This document shows positions 29,769-40,285 of a stretch of DNA of 46,568 nt, one piece after another. The position numbers were made by a program, and so were the translations under genes. The stretch's first letter is position 1; each line of letters opens with the position of its first letter. The DNA is from Gammaproteobacteria bacterium (GTDB lineage Bacteria > Pseudomonadota > Gammaproteobacteria > Poriferisulfidales > GCA-002705445). The DNA is taken from the NCBI GenBank assembly GCA_038114285.1, contig JAYNQN010000008.1, positions 651 through 47,218 on the forward strand, written 5' to 3'. A model generated the notes under the pieces. That model was not told the origin of the DNA. It saw only the letters and a program-made list of their open reading frames with translations, and searched no databases.

Positions 29769-30225
29769 TAAATTAATAAACTATCTTGGAGTTGATTATG
29801 GTGAAAAGAGGATAGGTCTTGCTGTTGGGAACTCTGTAAGCAGAATCGCTACGCCACTAAAAACTATAAATAATATTAGCTCGGAGACCTCTTGCGAAAA
29901 AATTTTAAATGAAATCAAAGAATGGTCAATTCATAAAATAATAATAGGAAAGCCTGAAATTTATTCAGATCAAAAAATTAATAAAAAAATAGATTATTTC
30001 GGAAATGTACTAAAAAAAAGTCTAGATCTTGATATTATTTTTTATAACGAAGATTTTACTTCAAATTCTGCTCAGGCAAGCTTAGCTCTTCAAAGACAGG
30101 CAGGAAGAAAAAAAAGGGTTAATAAGGAAGAAATAGATAGAATTGCTGCCTCAATAATATTACAATCTTATTTTGAAAATGAAATATTCAAAAGATCAGA
30201 CACAGGAACTACTTCTAAAGATTGA
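29761..30225 (+). CDS. yqgF: YqgF/RuvX family nuclease
   Basis: LGVDYGEKRIGLAVG and IDRIAASIILQSY. Confidence 0.92.
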   Translation: MTDKLINYLGVDYGEKRIGLAVGNSVSRIATPLKTINNISSETSCEKILNEIKEWSIHKIIIGKPEIYSDQKINKKIDYFGNVLKKSLDLDIIFYNEDFTSNSAQASLALQRQAGRKKRVNKEEIDRIAASIILQSYFENEIFKRSDTGTTSKD

Positions 30226-30688
30226 GAATTCTCTAAGGAATTATCTTTCAAAAAACAATATAAAAAACCCTATTATTATCGGTGTTCATACTGGCGGCGC
30301 ATGGATAGCTGAATGGTTACAAAAAGCACTTGATGCTAAAGGTAGCGCTGCATCGCTTGATATTAGCTTTTATAGAGATGATTTTAGCAGAATTGGGGTT
30401 AACCCAAGAGTTGGCAAAACAGAGATGCCTATTTCGGTAGATGATAGACATGTCATATTAGTTGATGACGTATTGTTTACTGGAAGAACTACACGTGCAG
30501 CAATAAACGAAATATTTGATTTTGGAAGACCACTTTCTGTCACTCTTGTAGTGCTGGTTGAAAGAAATGGCAAAGAACTTCCATTTTCCCCAGATATTAT
30601 AGGAGAAAAATTGGAATTAGATAATGATAAGAATATTAAATTATTAGGGCCTGATCCAATGATTATAGAGATTGTTGACAAAAAATAA
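30179..30688 (+). CDS. pyrR: PyrR/uracil phosphoribosyltransferase
   Basis: LDISFYRDD and [12 protein letters not shown], upstream of pyrB. ATG 30179 preferred over TTG 30173. Confidence 0.93.
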   Translation: MKYSKDQTQELLLKIENSLRNYLSKNNIKNPIIIGVHTGGAWIAEWLQKALDAKGSAASLDISFYRDDFSRIGVNPRVGKTEMPISVDDRHVILVDDVLFTGRTTRAAINEIFDFGRPLSVTLVVLVERNGKELPFSPDIIGEKLELDNDKNIKLLGPDPMIIEIVDKK

Positions 30689-30699
30689 GAGGTATATGT

Positions 30700-31686
30700 A
30701 TGAATGAAAAAAATGATATAGACTTTGAAGCAAAAGGTATAAATCACAATAATATTGTTTCACAAAAACATCTACGTCATTTTTTAGATATTGAGAATCT
30801 TCCTAAGTCATTAATACTCGATATATTAGATTTAGCTGAGTCATTTGCAGGTGTATCTGGACAACCAGTTAAAAAAGTTCCTCTACTTAGAGGAAAAACT
30901 ATTGTTAATCTATTTTTTGAAGCAAGCACTAGAACAAGGACAACTTTTGAACTTGCTGCTAAAAGGCTTTCAGCTGATTTTTTAAATATTAACGTAGATT
31001 TTAGTGCAACAAAAAAAGGTGAAACTTTATTAGATACCTTGAGAAATTTAGAAGCAATGCATTGTGATATGTTTATTGTAAGACATCCTTCATCAGGAGC
31101 AGCTGAATTTATTTCAAAAAATGTTTCTGAAAATATTAGTATCATCAATGCAGGAGATGGAAGGCATGCTCATCCAACTCAAGCAATGCTTGATATATTT
31201 ACAATAAGAAAATATTTTTCGGATTTTACAAAAATCAAAGTTGCAATCGTTGGTGATATTCTTCATTCACGGGTTGCACGATCTTTAATGCATGCTTTAA
31301 GAATTCTTGAAGTCCCTGAAGTTAGGGTAATAGGCCCAAAAACTCTTTTACCAAATGGAGTTGAACACATGGGTGTAACTCCTTATGTAGATATGGATGA
31401 AGGTATAAAAGGTTGTAATGTAGTGATTATGTTGAGATTGCAAAATGAAAGAATGAGTTCAAGTTTTATTCCAGACGAACATGAATATTATAATTTATAT
31501 GGTTTTACGCCCGATAGGCTAGATTTAATTGCAAAAAATGGAATTGTAATGCATCCAGGGCCCGTAAATCGCGGGGTTGAAATAAGTTCCGAAGTTGCGG
31601 ATGGAGATAGATCTGTAATATTACAACAAGTATCAAATGGTATAGCTGTGAGAATGGCAATTTTGTCACTTTCAATGCAACCTTGA
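30700..31686 (+). CDS. pyrB: Aspartate carbamoyltransferase catalytic subunit
   Basis: [23 protein letters not shown] and MHPGP. Confidence 0.97.
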   Translation: MNEKNDIDFEAKGINHNNIVSQKHLRHFLDIENLPKSLILDILDLAESFAGVSGQPVKKVPLLRGKTIVNLFFEASTRTRTTFELAAKRLSADFLNINVDFSATKKGETLLDTLRNLEAMHCDMFIVRHPSSGAAEFISKNVSENISIINAGDGRHAHPTQAMLDIFTIRKYFSDFTKIKVAIVGDILHSRVARSLMHALRILEVPEVRVIGPKTLLPNGVEHMGVTPYVDMDEGIKGCNVVIMLRLQNERMSSSFIPDEHEYYNLYGFTPDRLDLIAKNGIVMHPGPVNRGVEISSEVADGDRSVILQQVSNGIAVRMAILSLSMQP

Positions 31687-31696
31687 TGGAGAATAA

Positions 31697-32974
31697 ATGA
31701 GTGATTTAATAATAAAATCTGGAAATTTGATAAATCCTGGAGGAGATATTTCGGGAGTTCACGATATTTATATTAAAAATGGAGATATAATTGGCATTGA
31801 CGAAGATAATACCAAGTTAAATTCACCTAGAATAATAGATGCTGATGGTTGTTATGTTCTTCCTGGGTTAATTGATTTGTCTGTAAGATTTCGCGAACCT
31901 GGCCTAGAAAAAGAAGCAACTATACATAGTGAATCGAAGGCAGCAGTATCATCTGGAATAACTACAGTTTGTTATATGCCTGATACTCAGCCTGTAATTG
32001 ATACACCTGCACAAATAAAGTTAGTTGAAGAAATTTTTAAAAATGTGAATCTATGTAAAGTAAAAGTTTTGGCTTCTTTAACTAAAGGCCTTGATGGAAA
32101 TACATTAAGTCCAATGGTGGAGCTTAAAGAAGCTGGTGCAGTTGGGTTGACTAACTGCTTAAATCCAATTAAAGACCCTCTAGTTTTAAGAAGAGCAATG
32201 GAATATGCGTCAGGACAAAATATAACTTTATTTTATCAACCACAAAATGAATTTTTAGCAAATAATGGTTGTGTACATGAAGGAAAAATTTCTAACAAAC
32301 TTGGATTGCCAGGCATACCTTCTGCCGCCGAATCGTCAGCGGTAGCAGAAGCAATTTTATTGAGTAAGTTGACAGGTGTTAAATTACATTTATGCAGAAT
32401 ATCATGTCAAGAATCTTTAATGCTTATAAGTAATGCTCAAGCATTGGGTTTATCAATTACAGCTGATGTGGCAATACATCAGCTATTTTTCGACGAAAAT
32501 TCTATTAATAATTTTAATAGCGATTACCATGTAATGCCCCCATTTAGATCAAACGAAGACTTAATAAGTTTGCAAAAAGGAATATCTGATGACACCATTT
32601 CAGTGATTTGCTCAGACCATCAACCACATAATGAGGATGCTAAACAAGCCCCATTTTCAAATACACAGCCAGGCATATCATCAATTGAGCTATTAATTCC
32701 ACTAATAATGGATTTGGTAGATTCGGAATTGATAAATTTAAATTCAGCTATTGCAAAGGTTACATCAAACCCTGCAAATATACTTGGTTTAGAATCAGGT
32801 GTTATAGAACAAGGCGCAGTGGCAGATTTATGTATATTAAAAAAGGAAGAATGGGTATTTAAAGAATCAAATATAATTAGTTTAGGAAAAAATACTCCGT
32901 TTATTGGAAAAAAATTTACAACATTTGTTGATAAAACAATTTGTAATGGGAAAATTATCTACGAAAAAAAGTAA
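31697..32974 (+). CDS. pyrC: Dihydroorotase-like protein (probably inactive PyrC')
   Basis: PGLIDLSVRFREPG lacks the HxH zinc ligands. CSDHQPH present. Follows pyrB. Confidence 0.88.
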   Translation: MSDLIIKSGNLINPGGDISGVHDIYIKNGDIIGIDEDNTKLNSPRIIDADGCYVLPGLIDLSVRFREPGLEKEATIHSESKAAVSSGITTVCYMPDTQPVIDTPAQIKLVEEIFKNVNLCKVKVLASLTKGLDGNTLSPMVELKEAGAVGLTNCLNPIKDPLVLRRAMEYASGQNITLFYQPQNEFLANNGCVHEGKISNKLGLPGIPSAAESSAVAEAILLSKLTGVKLHLCRISCQESLMLISNAQALGLSITADVAIHQLFFDENSINNFNSDYHVMPPFRSNEDLISLQKGISDDTISVICSDHQPHNEDAKQAPFSNTQPGISSIELLIPLIMDLVDSELINLNSAIAKVTSNPANILGLESGVIEQGAVADLCILKKEEWVFKESNIISLGKNTPFIGKKFTTFVDKTICNGKIIYEKK

Positions 32975-32982
32975 TTTTATTT

Positions 32983-33669
32983 ATGAATTCTATAAAAGAA
33001 AATATTTTAGAAATTAAAAAAAAAATTTCAGATTTAGAAATAAAATCTAAACGAAAAAAAAATAGCGTTACATTGCTTGCAGTAAGTAAAGCGCAAAACA
33101 TAAATAAGATTAAAGATGCATACAAATATGGTCAAAAAGATTTTGGTGAAAATTATCTTCAAGAGTCCATAAATAAAATTAATAATCTTAAAGATTTAAA
33201 TATTAATTGGCATTTTATTGGGAACATACAAAGTAATAAATCAAGGTTAATTGCTGAAAACTTTAGTTGGGTTCATAGTATTGATAAAATATCAACATTA
33301 GAAAAAATAAATAATTTCAGAAAAAATTTAGATTCTAATTTAAATATATGTATTCAGATTAATCTCGATGAAGAAAACACAAAATCTGGCATTAAAATTG
33401 ACGAAGTTGAGAATTTTCTTGAAAAAGCATCTGGTTTTGAAAATATCAATATAAGAGGATTAATGGCAATACCAAAATACCAAGATAATAACTCAGAGCA
33501 ATATAATTCATTTATGAAAATTAGAATTTTATTTGATAGTCTTATACAGAAGGGGTATAAATTGGATACATTATCAATAGGAATGAGTGCAGATTATGAA
33601 TCAGCAATTTCAGCAGGCTCAACTATTGTAAGGATTGGTACCGCAATATTTGGTGAAAGAAAAAAATGA
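32983..33669 (+). CDS. yggS: PLP homeostasis protein
   Basis: LLAVSK, FGENYLQE, WHFIGNIQSNK and VRIGTAIFG. Confidence 0.95.
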   Translation: MNSIKENILEIKKKISDLEIKSKRKKNSVTLLAVSKAQNINKIKDAYKYGQKDFGENYLQESINKINNLKDLNINWHFIGNIQSNKSRLIAENFSWVHSIDKISTLEKINNFRKNLDSNLNICIQINLDEENTKSGIKIDEVENFLEKASGFENINIRGLMAIPKYQDNNSEQYNSFMKIRILFDSLIQKGYKLDTLSIGMSADYESAISAGSTIVRIGTAIFGERKK

Positions 33670-34457
33670 AGATTGCATTTATAGGGTATGGGAATATGGC
33701 TAGTGCGTTAATTAAGGGCATTCTTATATCTGACGATATTACTTTGGAAAATGATATATTCATATTTCATAACAAAGATGAAGACACATATAAGGCAGAT
33801 AAATGTGTTTTTAAAAAATCTGGTGAAAATATAAAAGATAATTTTGATATCGTTTTTTTGTGTGTAAAACCAAACGATGTAGAAAAAGCAATATCAGAAA
33901 ACTCAAATATTTTCTCAGACAATCAAATAATAGTTTCTATTATTGCTGGGAAAACAACTAAATCTTTAAAAAAATTATTTAAAAAAAGAGTTATAATAGC
34001 TAGAGCTATGCCCAATTTATGCGCTGTTTTTAATGAAAGTATTACTGGTTTGTATATAGAAGATTCAATAGACGAAGATGGTAAGAATTTCATAGAGAGT
34101 ATATTTAAAAGTATTGGTTACGTAAGAAATATAAGTGAAAACGAGATGCACTCTTTTACGGCAATGTTTGGAAGTGGGCCAGCTTATATTATGCTTTTTA
34201 TAGAGTCATTAATAGAATGTGAAGAATTTGAGAATATTACAAAAGAAGATAAGGCATTACTGTTATTGCATCTATTAAACAGTACATCGAAAATGTTATT
34301 TGTTACTGACGATATCAAAGAATTAAGATCTAAAGTTACATCTAAAGGCGGCACAACAGAATCAGCTTTAAGAATTTTTGAAAAAAACGAATTTTCTAAA
34401 ATCATAAAAGATGCTATAAAGGCTGCTAGAAAAAAATCAATAGAAATTTCAAAATAA
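33666..34457 (+). CDS. proC: Pyrroline-5-carboxylate reductase
   Basis: FIGYGNMA, RAMPN, GSGPAY and VTSKGGTT. Confidence 0.95.
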   Translation: MKIAFIGYGNMASALIKGILISDDITLENDIFIFHNKDEDTYKADKCVFKKSGENIKDNFDIVFLCVKPNDVEKAISENSNIFSDNQIIVSIIAGKTTKSLKKLFKKRVIIARAMPNLCAVFNESITGLYIEDSIDEDGKNFIESIFKSIGYVRNISENEMHSFTAMFGSGPAYIMLFIESLIECEEFENITKEDKALLLLHLLNSTSKMLFVTDDIKELRSKVTSKGGTTESALRIFEKNEFSKIIKDAIKAARKKSIEISK

Positions 34458-34466
34458 GGAAAAATA

Positions 34467-35030
34467 ATGTCAAACTCGTTTCCGGAATTAGGATACTTTG
34501 TTATAGATCTAATAATATCTTTTTTGATTTTAGTTTTTACATTAAGGTTGCTCTTAGCAATGTCAAGTGCTAATGGGAACAATCCTATTACTCAAACAAT
34601 AATTAAAATTTCAAGACCTATTAGATCTTTTTTTGTATTTTTGCCAAACATTGGAAAATTTGAATTATCAAGTTTTATAATAATTTTTTTATGTCATTTT
34701 ATAAATATGTACATGCATACTTCAATAATAGGAAGTGATGTTTTGCTTGAAAAACTTTTATTATTTTCGCTTAAAAGTTCTATTTTCAGTATATTAAATG
34801 CTTTAACAATAATTTTTATTATACTAGCAATATCAAGTTGGTTTACGCAGTCTATAAATCATAATAGAAATCCTGCACTAGATATAATTTATGAAATATC
34901 AAATCCTATTTTATATTCTATTAAAAGAATTGTTCCAACATCTGTTGGGGTAATTGATTTTTCGGTAATTATTGCATTAGTTCTTATACATTTTATTCAA
35001 AATTTTATTAATATTATTTTAAAGTTTTAA
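34467..35030 (+). CDS. yggT: YggT family membrane protein
   Basis: NPITQ, AISSW and IDFS motifs. Position after yggS-proC. Confidence 0.85.
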   Translation: MSNSFPELGYFVIDLIISFLILVFTLRLLLAMSSANGNNPITQTIIKISRPIRSFFVFLPNIGKFELSSFIIIFLCHFINMYMHTSIIGSDVLLEKLLLFSLKSSIFSILNALTIIFIILAISSWFTQSINHNRNPALDIIYEISNPILYSIKRIVPTSVGVIDFSVIIALVLIHFIQNFINIILKF

Positions 35031-35075
35031 AATAGCAATAATTTGTAAATTTTCTTAAATTCGAGTATATTAAAT

Positions 35076-35125
35076 ATTCACCGATTTGAAGTCAGCTTGC
35101 GGGTGGGAAAATACAGCTAAAGCGA
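35076..35125 (+). ncRNA. SAM-II riboswitch
   Basis: TTCACC-GATTTG-AAGTCAGC-TTGC-G-GGTGGG-AAAATACA-GCTAAAG. P1 CACC/GGTG, conserved GAUUU, UUGC and GCUAAA, pseudoknot AGCU/AGCU. Directly upstream of metX. Confidence 0.88.
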
Positions 35126-35198
35126 ATTTATAAAAGCACAGTTATATTTCCTCCATATTAAAATAAATGATTTCAAATTAGAAATTATGGATTTTTTT

Positions 35199-36332
35199 AT
35201 GGGTAATAAACAAAATAACAATTCTGTAGGTATAGTAGAGCCAAAGACTATTGAGATAAAAAAAAGTCTTAAGCTTGATTGTGGTAAAGTTTTGGACGAC
35301 TTTTCTTTAGTCTATGAGACATATGGCGAATTGAATAAAGAAAAAAACAATGCAATTCTTATATGTCATGCTTTATCAGGCGATCATCATGCGGCAGGCT
35401 ATCATAATAAAGATGATAAAAAACCTGGTTGGTGGGATTCATGTATAGGCCCTGGAAAACCTTTTGATACAAATAAATTTTTTATAGTGTCGTTAAATAA
35501 TCTTGGCGGATGTAAAGGGTCAACAGGTCCAAATACTATAGACAAAAATACAGGAAATGAGTTCGGGCCAGATTTTCCAATTGTCACAGTGAATGATTGG
35601 GTGAATAGCCAAAAATTACTTGCAGATTTTTTAGGAATAGATGCATGGGCTTGTGTTGCAGGAGGAAGTCTAGGTGGTATGCAGGCTTTACAGTGGTCAA
35701 TTAGCTACCCAGATAAAATAAAGAACTCTATTATAGTTGCAGCGGCAGCCAAGCTTTCTGCACAAAATATTGCTTTTAATGAAGTAGCAAGACAGGCAAT
35801 TATCACTGATCCCGATTTTCATGACGGAAGATATAATAGTTATAACGTAATTCCTAAAAGAGGATTGAGTATAGCCAGAATGCTTGGACACATTACTTAT
35901 TTATCAGATGATTCAATGAGGCAAAAATTTGGCAGAGACCTGAGAGAAGGTAAATTAAATTTTGGATACGATGTAGATTTTCAAGTAGAAAGTTATTTGC
36001 GATATCAAGCACAAGCTTTTGTAGAAAGATTTGATGCAAACACATATTTGTTAATGACAAAAGCTTTAGATTATTTTGATCCTGCCCAAGAATATAATGG
36101 AGATTTATCAAAAGCATTTAAAAAAACAAAATCAAAATTTCTTGTCATATCTTTTACAAGTGATTGGAGATTTTCTTCATCAAAATCACATGAAATTGTA
36201 AAATCACTAGTGAAAGCCAAAAAGAATGTTTCGTATTCAGAAATTGAAGCAGATCAGGGTCATGATGCTTTTTTAATGCCAATACCAAATTACCTAGATG
36301 TGTTAAAAAATTTTATGGCCAATATAACGTAA
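35199..36332 (+). CDS. metX: Homoserine O-acyltransferase (MetX family; acetyl versus succinyl not resolved)
   Basis: [27 protein letters not shown] and GHDAFL. Start is 35199 or 35187. Confidence 0.95.
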   Translation: MGNKQNNNSVGIVEPKTIEIKKSLKLDCGKVLDDFSLVYETYGELNKEKNNAILICHALSGDHHAAGYHNKDDKKPGWWDSCIGPGKPFDTNKFFIVSLNNLGGCKGSTGPNTIDKNTGNEFGPDFPIVTVNDWVNSQKLLADFLGIDAWACVAGGSLGGMQALQWSISYPDKIKNSIIVAAAAKLSAQNIAFNEVARQAIITDPDFHDGRYNSYNVIPKRGLSIARMLGHITYLSDDSMRQKFGRDLREGKLNFGYDVDFQVESYLRYQAQAFVERFDANTYLLMTKALDYFDPAQEYNGDLSKAFKKTKSKFLVISFTSDWRFSSSKSHEIVKSLVKAKKNVSYSEIEADQGHDAFLMPIPNYLDVLKNFMANIT

Positions 36333-36345
36333 ATATATAAAGAAA

Positions 36346-36945
36346 ATGAATAGAAAAGATTTTAAAATAATTTCAGACTGGATAAATAATGAGTCAACTG
36401 TTCTTGACTTAGGATGTGGTGATTCCACTTTATTAGATTATCTTGTGAAAAAGAAAAATATCTCAGGCTATGGATTTGAAAAAGATATAGATCAAGTTAA
36501 AGAATCAATTAAAAAAAATATTAATGTTATCCAAGCTGATTTTAATAATGGACTGTCAGATTATTTCGAGGCTAACTTTTTCGATTATGCAATTATGACG
36601 CAAGCACTGCAAGAAAATAAAAATCCTGACAAAATTATATTAGAGATGTTAAGAGTTGCAAAAGAAGGAATCGTCACTTTTCCTAATATGGGTTTCTGGA
36701 AAAATAGAATACAATTGGGTTTTCAGGGGCGCATGCCTATATCAAATGCTCTGCCTAACAAATGGTTTGATACGCCTAATATTCATTTGTGTACTTTTAA
36801 TGATTTTGAAAAATTATGCGGCGATATTGATATAAAAATTATTGAAAAAAAAGTTTTAAATAATCATTACTCTTCAAATATTTTATTAAGGATTTTTCCG
36901 AATTTTTTCGGTGAAATTGCTTTGTATAGGTTCAAAAAAAGCTAA
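36346..36945 (+). CDS. metW: Methionine biosynthesis protein MetW
   Basis: VLDLGCG, IVTFPNMG, GRMP and WFDTPNIHLCT. Follows metX. Confidence 0.93.
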   Translation: MNRKDFKIISDWINNESTVLDLGCGDSTLLDYLVKKKNISGYGFEKDIDQVKESIKKNINVIQADFNNGLSDYFEANFFDYAIMTQALQENKNPDKIILEMLRVAKEGIVTFPNMGFWKNRIQLGFQGRMPISNALPNKWFDTPNIHLCTFNDFEKLCGDIDIKIIEKKVLNNHYSSNILLRIFPNFFGEIALYRFKKS

Positions 36946-37373
36946 TTTGTCTCAACTTTAGATTTTATAAAATCTTTATGGTCTAGGTACAAAAGTTCTG
37001 AAAGTTTTCTTATGCGGTATTCCTCATGTTTATCTATTATATTGTCTGACTTAGCTACTAACCATGCCATATTTAAAAGAGTCTTTTTTTGAAGTTTTGT
37101 ATAATTTTCATTAATTAACTTAATATACTTTCTAAAGCAATTTGTATCTTTGTGTAATTCTAAGGCTTTGTTTTTTAACCACTCAGAATCTTGTAATGAA
37201 AGATTTAACTCTTTACTACATAACTTAATAATTGAACTTATTTCTTCATTTTTTATTTCAAAGTCTGAGTAACTTACCTCTATAAGAAGAATTGCACATG
37301 CTATATTAATATCCTCAATTGTTACTTTTTTTATTTTTTCTTTTTTAAAGAGTTTTCTTAAGAATTTTATCAT
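36942..37373 (-). CDS. TerB-family protein
   Basis: ACAILLIEV..SD...EE and WLVAKSDNIIDKHEE..IRKLSELL. Confidence 0.8.
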   Translation of the reverse strand: MIKFLRKLFKKEKIKKVTIEDINIACAILLIEVSYSDFEIKNEEISSIIKLCSKELNLSLQDSEWLKNKALELHKDTNCFRKYIKLINENYTKLQKKTLLNMAWLVAKSDNIIDKHEEYRIRKLSELLYLDHKDFIKSKVETN

Positions 37374-37496
37374 TTTAATTTCCTTTTATTATTAAATAGC
37401 TTATTGATAAATTAGCCTTTGTCAATTAAACAAAATAATAATATTGAAAAATCTACTATTACGATATAAAGTAAAACAAATTTTTTTTGGAGAAAT

Positions 37497-37895
37497 ATGA
37501 TTGATTATACAGATGAAGAATTTATGTATATTACAAAAACTGTTATGAAAGTTTTAGATACATGGAATCTCACTACAGAACAAACTGTGGCAGTTTTGGG
37601 GTTATCTAAAAACACAAGAAAACGTGAGCTAGATAAATATAGAACTTTAAAAGCATTTCCTAAGAACGAAACAATAATTAAAAGATTAAGTCATATTGTA
37701 GGAATTTCAGATGCATTAAGAACGACTTTTCCAAGAAATATTAATATGTCTGAAAAATGGATGAAGTCACAACACAGAAGATTTGATAATGAAACTCCAT
37801 TAAATGTTATTTTAGAAGAAGGCATAAATGGTTTGTGCAAAGTAAGGTCAGAATTAGATTGTACATTTGCGTGGAATGCATCATCGAGAAATTAA
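37497..37895 (+). CDS. Xre/MbcA/ParS antitoxin-like protein (DUF2384 C-terminal domain)
   Basis: N-terminal HTH-like WNLTTEQTVAVLG. C-terminal WMKSQHRRFDNETPL..I...GL..VRSELD. Confidence 0.75.
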   Translation: MIDYTDEEFMYITKTVMKVLDTWNLTTEQTVAVLGLSKNTRKRELDKYRTLKAFPKNETIIKRLSHIVGISDALRTTFPRNINMSEKWMKSQHRRFDNETPLNVILEEGINGLCKVRSELDCTFAWNASSRN

Positions 37896-37901
37896 TAAAT
37901 C

Positions 37902-38414
37902 ATGAAAAAATTATATAAAATTAAAAATTCACAACTTCATGGCAAAGGACTTTTTGCTAATGCAGATATTAAAGCCGGAACGAATATTATTGAATATGTT
38001 GGAGAAAAAATTACTAAAGCCCAATCCGATAAAATAGCTGAAGTGCAATTAAAAAAAGCACAGAAAAATAGAGAAGAAGGCCAAGTTTATATTTTCACTC
38101 TAAATAAAAAATATGATATTAATGGAAATGTAAGTTATAACAAAGCAAGATTAATGAATCACTCATGTGATCCAAATTGTGATACAGATATAATAGACGA
38201 TAAGATCTGGATTAGATCATTTAAAGATATAGAGAAAGGTGAAGAATTAACTTATGATTATGGATTTACATTTGATGAAGATGATTTCAGAGATCATGTA
38301 TGTAAATGTGGTTCAAAAAAATGCGTTGGTTTTATAGTGACAGAAGACGATTGGGGAAAACTAAAAAGATTTTTATTGAAATTAGTGAAAAATTGCAAAA
38401 AAGCTAACAAATAA
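37902..38414 (+). CDS. SET-domain protein (lysine methyltransferase-like) with post-SET cysteines
   Basis: HGKGLFA, IEYVGE, RLMNHSCDPN, GEELTYDY and CKCGSKKC. Confidence 0.92.
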   Translation: MKKLYKIKNSQLHGKGLFANADIKAGTNIIEYVGEKITKAQSDKIAEVQLKKAQKNREEGQVYIFTLNKKYDINGNVSYNKARLMNHSCDPNCDTDIIDDKIWIRSFKDIEKGEELTYDYGFTFDEDDFRDHVCKCGSKKCVGFIVTEDDWGKLKRFLLKLVKNCKKANK

Positions 38415-39063
38415 TTTTTTTTTCAAAACAATCTATATTATCCAATGATCTAAAGTTATTAACGTTTTGTTTAGATTTATTAGAGTCGGGAAAATTAATA
38501 CAAAAAATATTTTTTATATTGTTATTGTATGAGAATTTTAAAACATCTTGGTTATCATCAATAAAAACTGTTTTATTTTTACAATATGTTAATTTCTTGT
38601 CTAGATATTGCCAAAAATTTTTTGTTTCTTTAGAAAATCCATAGTCTTCTGAAGAAATAATCTCATCAAAATATCCCCACAATTTTACCTGGGTAATTTT
38701 AATATTTAGCATATTCCTAGGGCAGTTGGTAAGTAATATTATTTTAATATTATGTTTTTTTAAATTTGTTAAGAAATTAATAGTACCTGGAAAAACTTTA
38801 ATTCTGTTTTTTGTATTTAAAACCTCGTATTCTAAATCAATACCAATTTTTTTGCTCCAATAATCTAAACTATACCAGTCTAAAGTATTTTTTTTCTGTC
38901 TATACTTTTTCTCAAATTCATATTTTGCTTGCTCAAGGTCTATATTATTTTTTTTTGCATAAATATTTGGTATGTGCTCATGCCAAAAATAGTTGTCATA
39001 GGCTAGATCTAGCAACGTTCCATCTAAATCTAAAAAAAAAGTTTCTATTGAGTTCCATTTCAT
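38404..39063 (-). CDS. yrfG: HAD-family GMP/IMP nucleotidase
   Basis: LDLDGTLLDLAYDNYFW, WYSLDYWS and FIDDN. Confidence 0.88.
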   Translation of the reverse strand: MKWNSIETFFLDLDGTLLDLAYDNYFWHEHIPNIYAKKNNIDLEQAKYEFEKKYRQKKNTLDWYSLDYWSKKIGIDLEYEVLNTKNRIKVFPGTINFLTNLKKHNIKIILLTNCPRNMLNIKITQVKLWGYFDEIISSEDYGFSKETKNFWQYLDKKLTYCKNKTVFIDDNQDVLKFSYNNNIKNIFCINFPDSNKSKQNVNNFRSLDNIDCFEKKIIC

Positions 39064-39100
39064 CTAATCTATTATATTATTATTGACTTGATATATACAT

Positions 39101-40285
39101 ATGATATCAGAAAAAAAATATTCCTTATTAGTTAACTTGCTCTTGCAAGTATTGTTTGTTGGAATTCTGCTTGGGTTATTTAGGACTGCAATACCGGCTT
39201 TATCAGAAAGTATTTTCAATGTCCCTAAAAATTCATTTATTTTTTTATGTACTTTTATAATTGCGTTTGGATTAATTAAAGGCATAGCAAATTATTATGC
39301 AGGTATTCTTGCAGATAAATACAATAGAAAAATAATTCTTTTATATGCGTGGATTATTGTTTTGCCCGTCCCTTTTATTATTTACTTTGCAACAAATTGG
39401 TATTACATAATTTTGGCAACCTTTATTATGGGCATCAATCAAGGTCTTGCATGGTCAGTTACACAAATATCAAGTGTTGATATTACAAAAGACGAAAAAA
39501 GAGGTTTTGCAGTTGGGCTTAATGAATTTTCTGGTTATTTGGGAGTTGCAATTGGAGGAATTCTTGTAAGTTATATGACTTCACTATTACCTATTAAAGC
39601 AGCTTTATTTTCATTCTCTATAATATTTGTTTCTATTGCACTTTTGTATTGTGTTTTTTTAATAGAAGATACAAAAAAATACGCAAATGCATATTTTAAA
39701 GAGAACCCTGATAATATATTTTTTTATGTTACCTGGAAAAATAAAAAACTTTTTGCATATTCTCAGGCAGGTCATATAGAAAAATTTGTTGATACGTGTA
39801 TATGGATATTTTTCCCAATATATTTATTTAATAACGGAATAACTTTAATGGAAATAAGTTACATAGTTGGTACCTATGCTTTCACGTGGGGAGTGTTGCA
39901 AATTTTTACTGGTCTTTATTCTGATTATGTCGGAAGAAATTTATTGATTATTTCTGGGATGTTAATTTGTTCTATAGTTCTTCCAATGTGCTTATTAAGC
40001 TTAGAATTTAATTGGTGGATAATGTGTAGTTTCTTTTTGGGGTTAGGTATGGCACTTTTATATCCGTCAATTAGCTCAGCTGTTAATGATAATTGTGAGG
40101 ATAGTTGGCGAGCATCAGCAATTGGAATTTATAGATTTTGGAGAGATACAGGCTACGCTACGGGCGCGCTATTTCTTGGAATTATTACTAGTATTATAAA
40201 TATAGAATTTGGCTTTATCTTTGTATCATATAGCATGCTAATATCAACACTAATTTTAATACTTACTTTAAGAAAATATGGATAA
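39101..40285 (+). CDS. MFS transporter
   Basis: About 12 TM segments with GILADKYNRK, GLNEFSGY, SDYVGR and GIYRFWRD. Confidence 0.9.
   Translation: MISEKKYSLLVNLLLQVLFVGILLGLFRTAIPALSESIFNVPKNSFIFLCTFIIAFGLIKGIANYYAGILADKYNRKIILLYAWIIVLPVPFIIYFATNWYYIILATFIMGINQGLAWSVTQISSVDITKDEKRGFAVGLNEFSGYLGVAIGGILVSYMTSLLPIKAALFSFSIIFVSIALLYCVFLIEDTKKYANAYFKENPDNIFFYVTWKNKKLFAYSQAGHIEKFVDTCIWIFFPIYLFNNGITLMEISYIVGTYAFTWGVLQIFTGLYSDYVGRNLLIISGMLICSIVLPMCLLSLEFNWWIMCSFFLGLGMALLYPSISSAVNDNCEDSWRASAIGIYRFWRDTGYATGALFLGIITSIINIEFGFIFVSYSMLISTLILILTLRKYG

Noticed and set aside
15803-37373. chrA and the TerB-like gene as a metal-resistance island
   Set aside because: They are about 20 kb apart among core genes, with no partner resistance or mobility genes.
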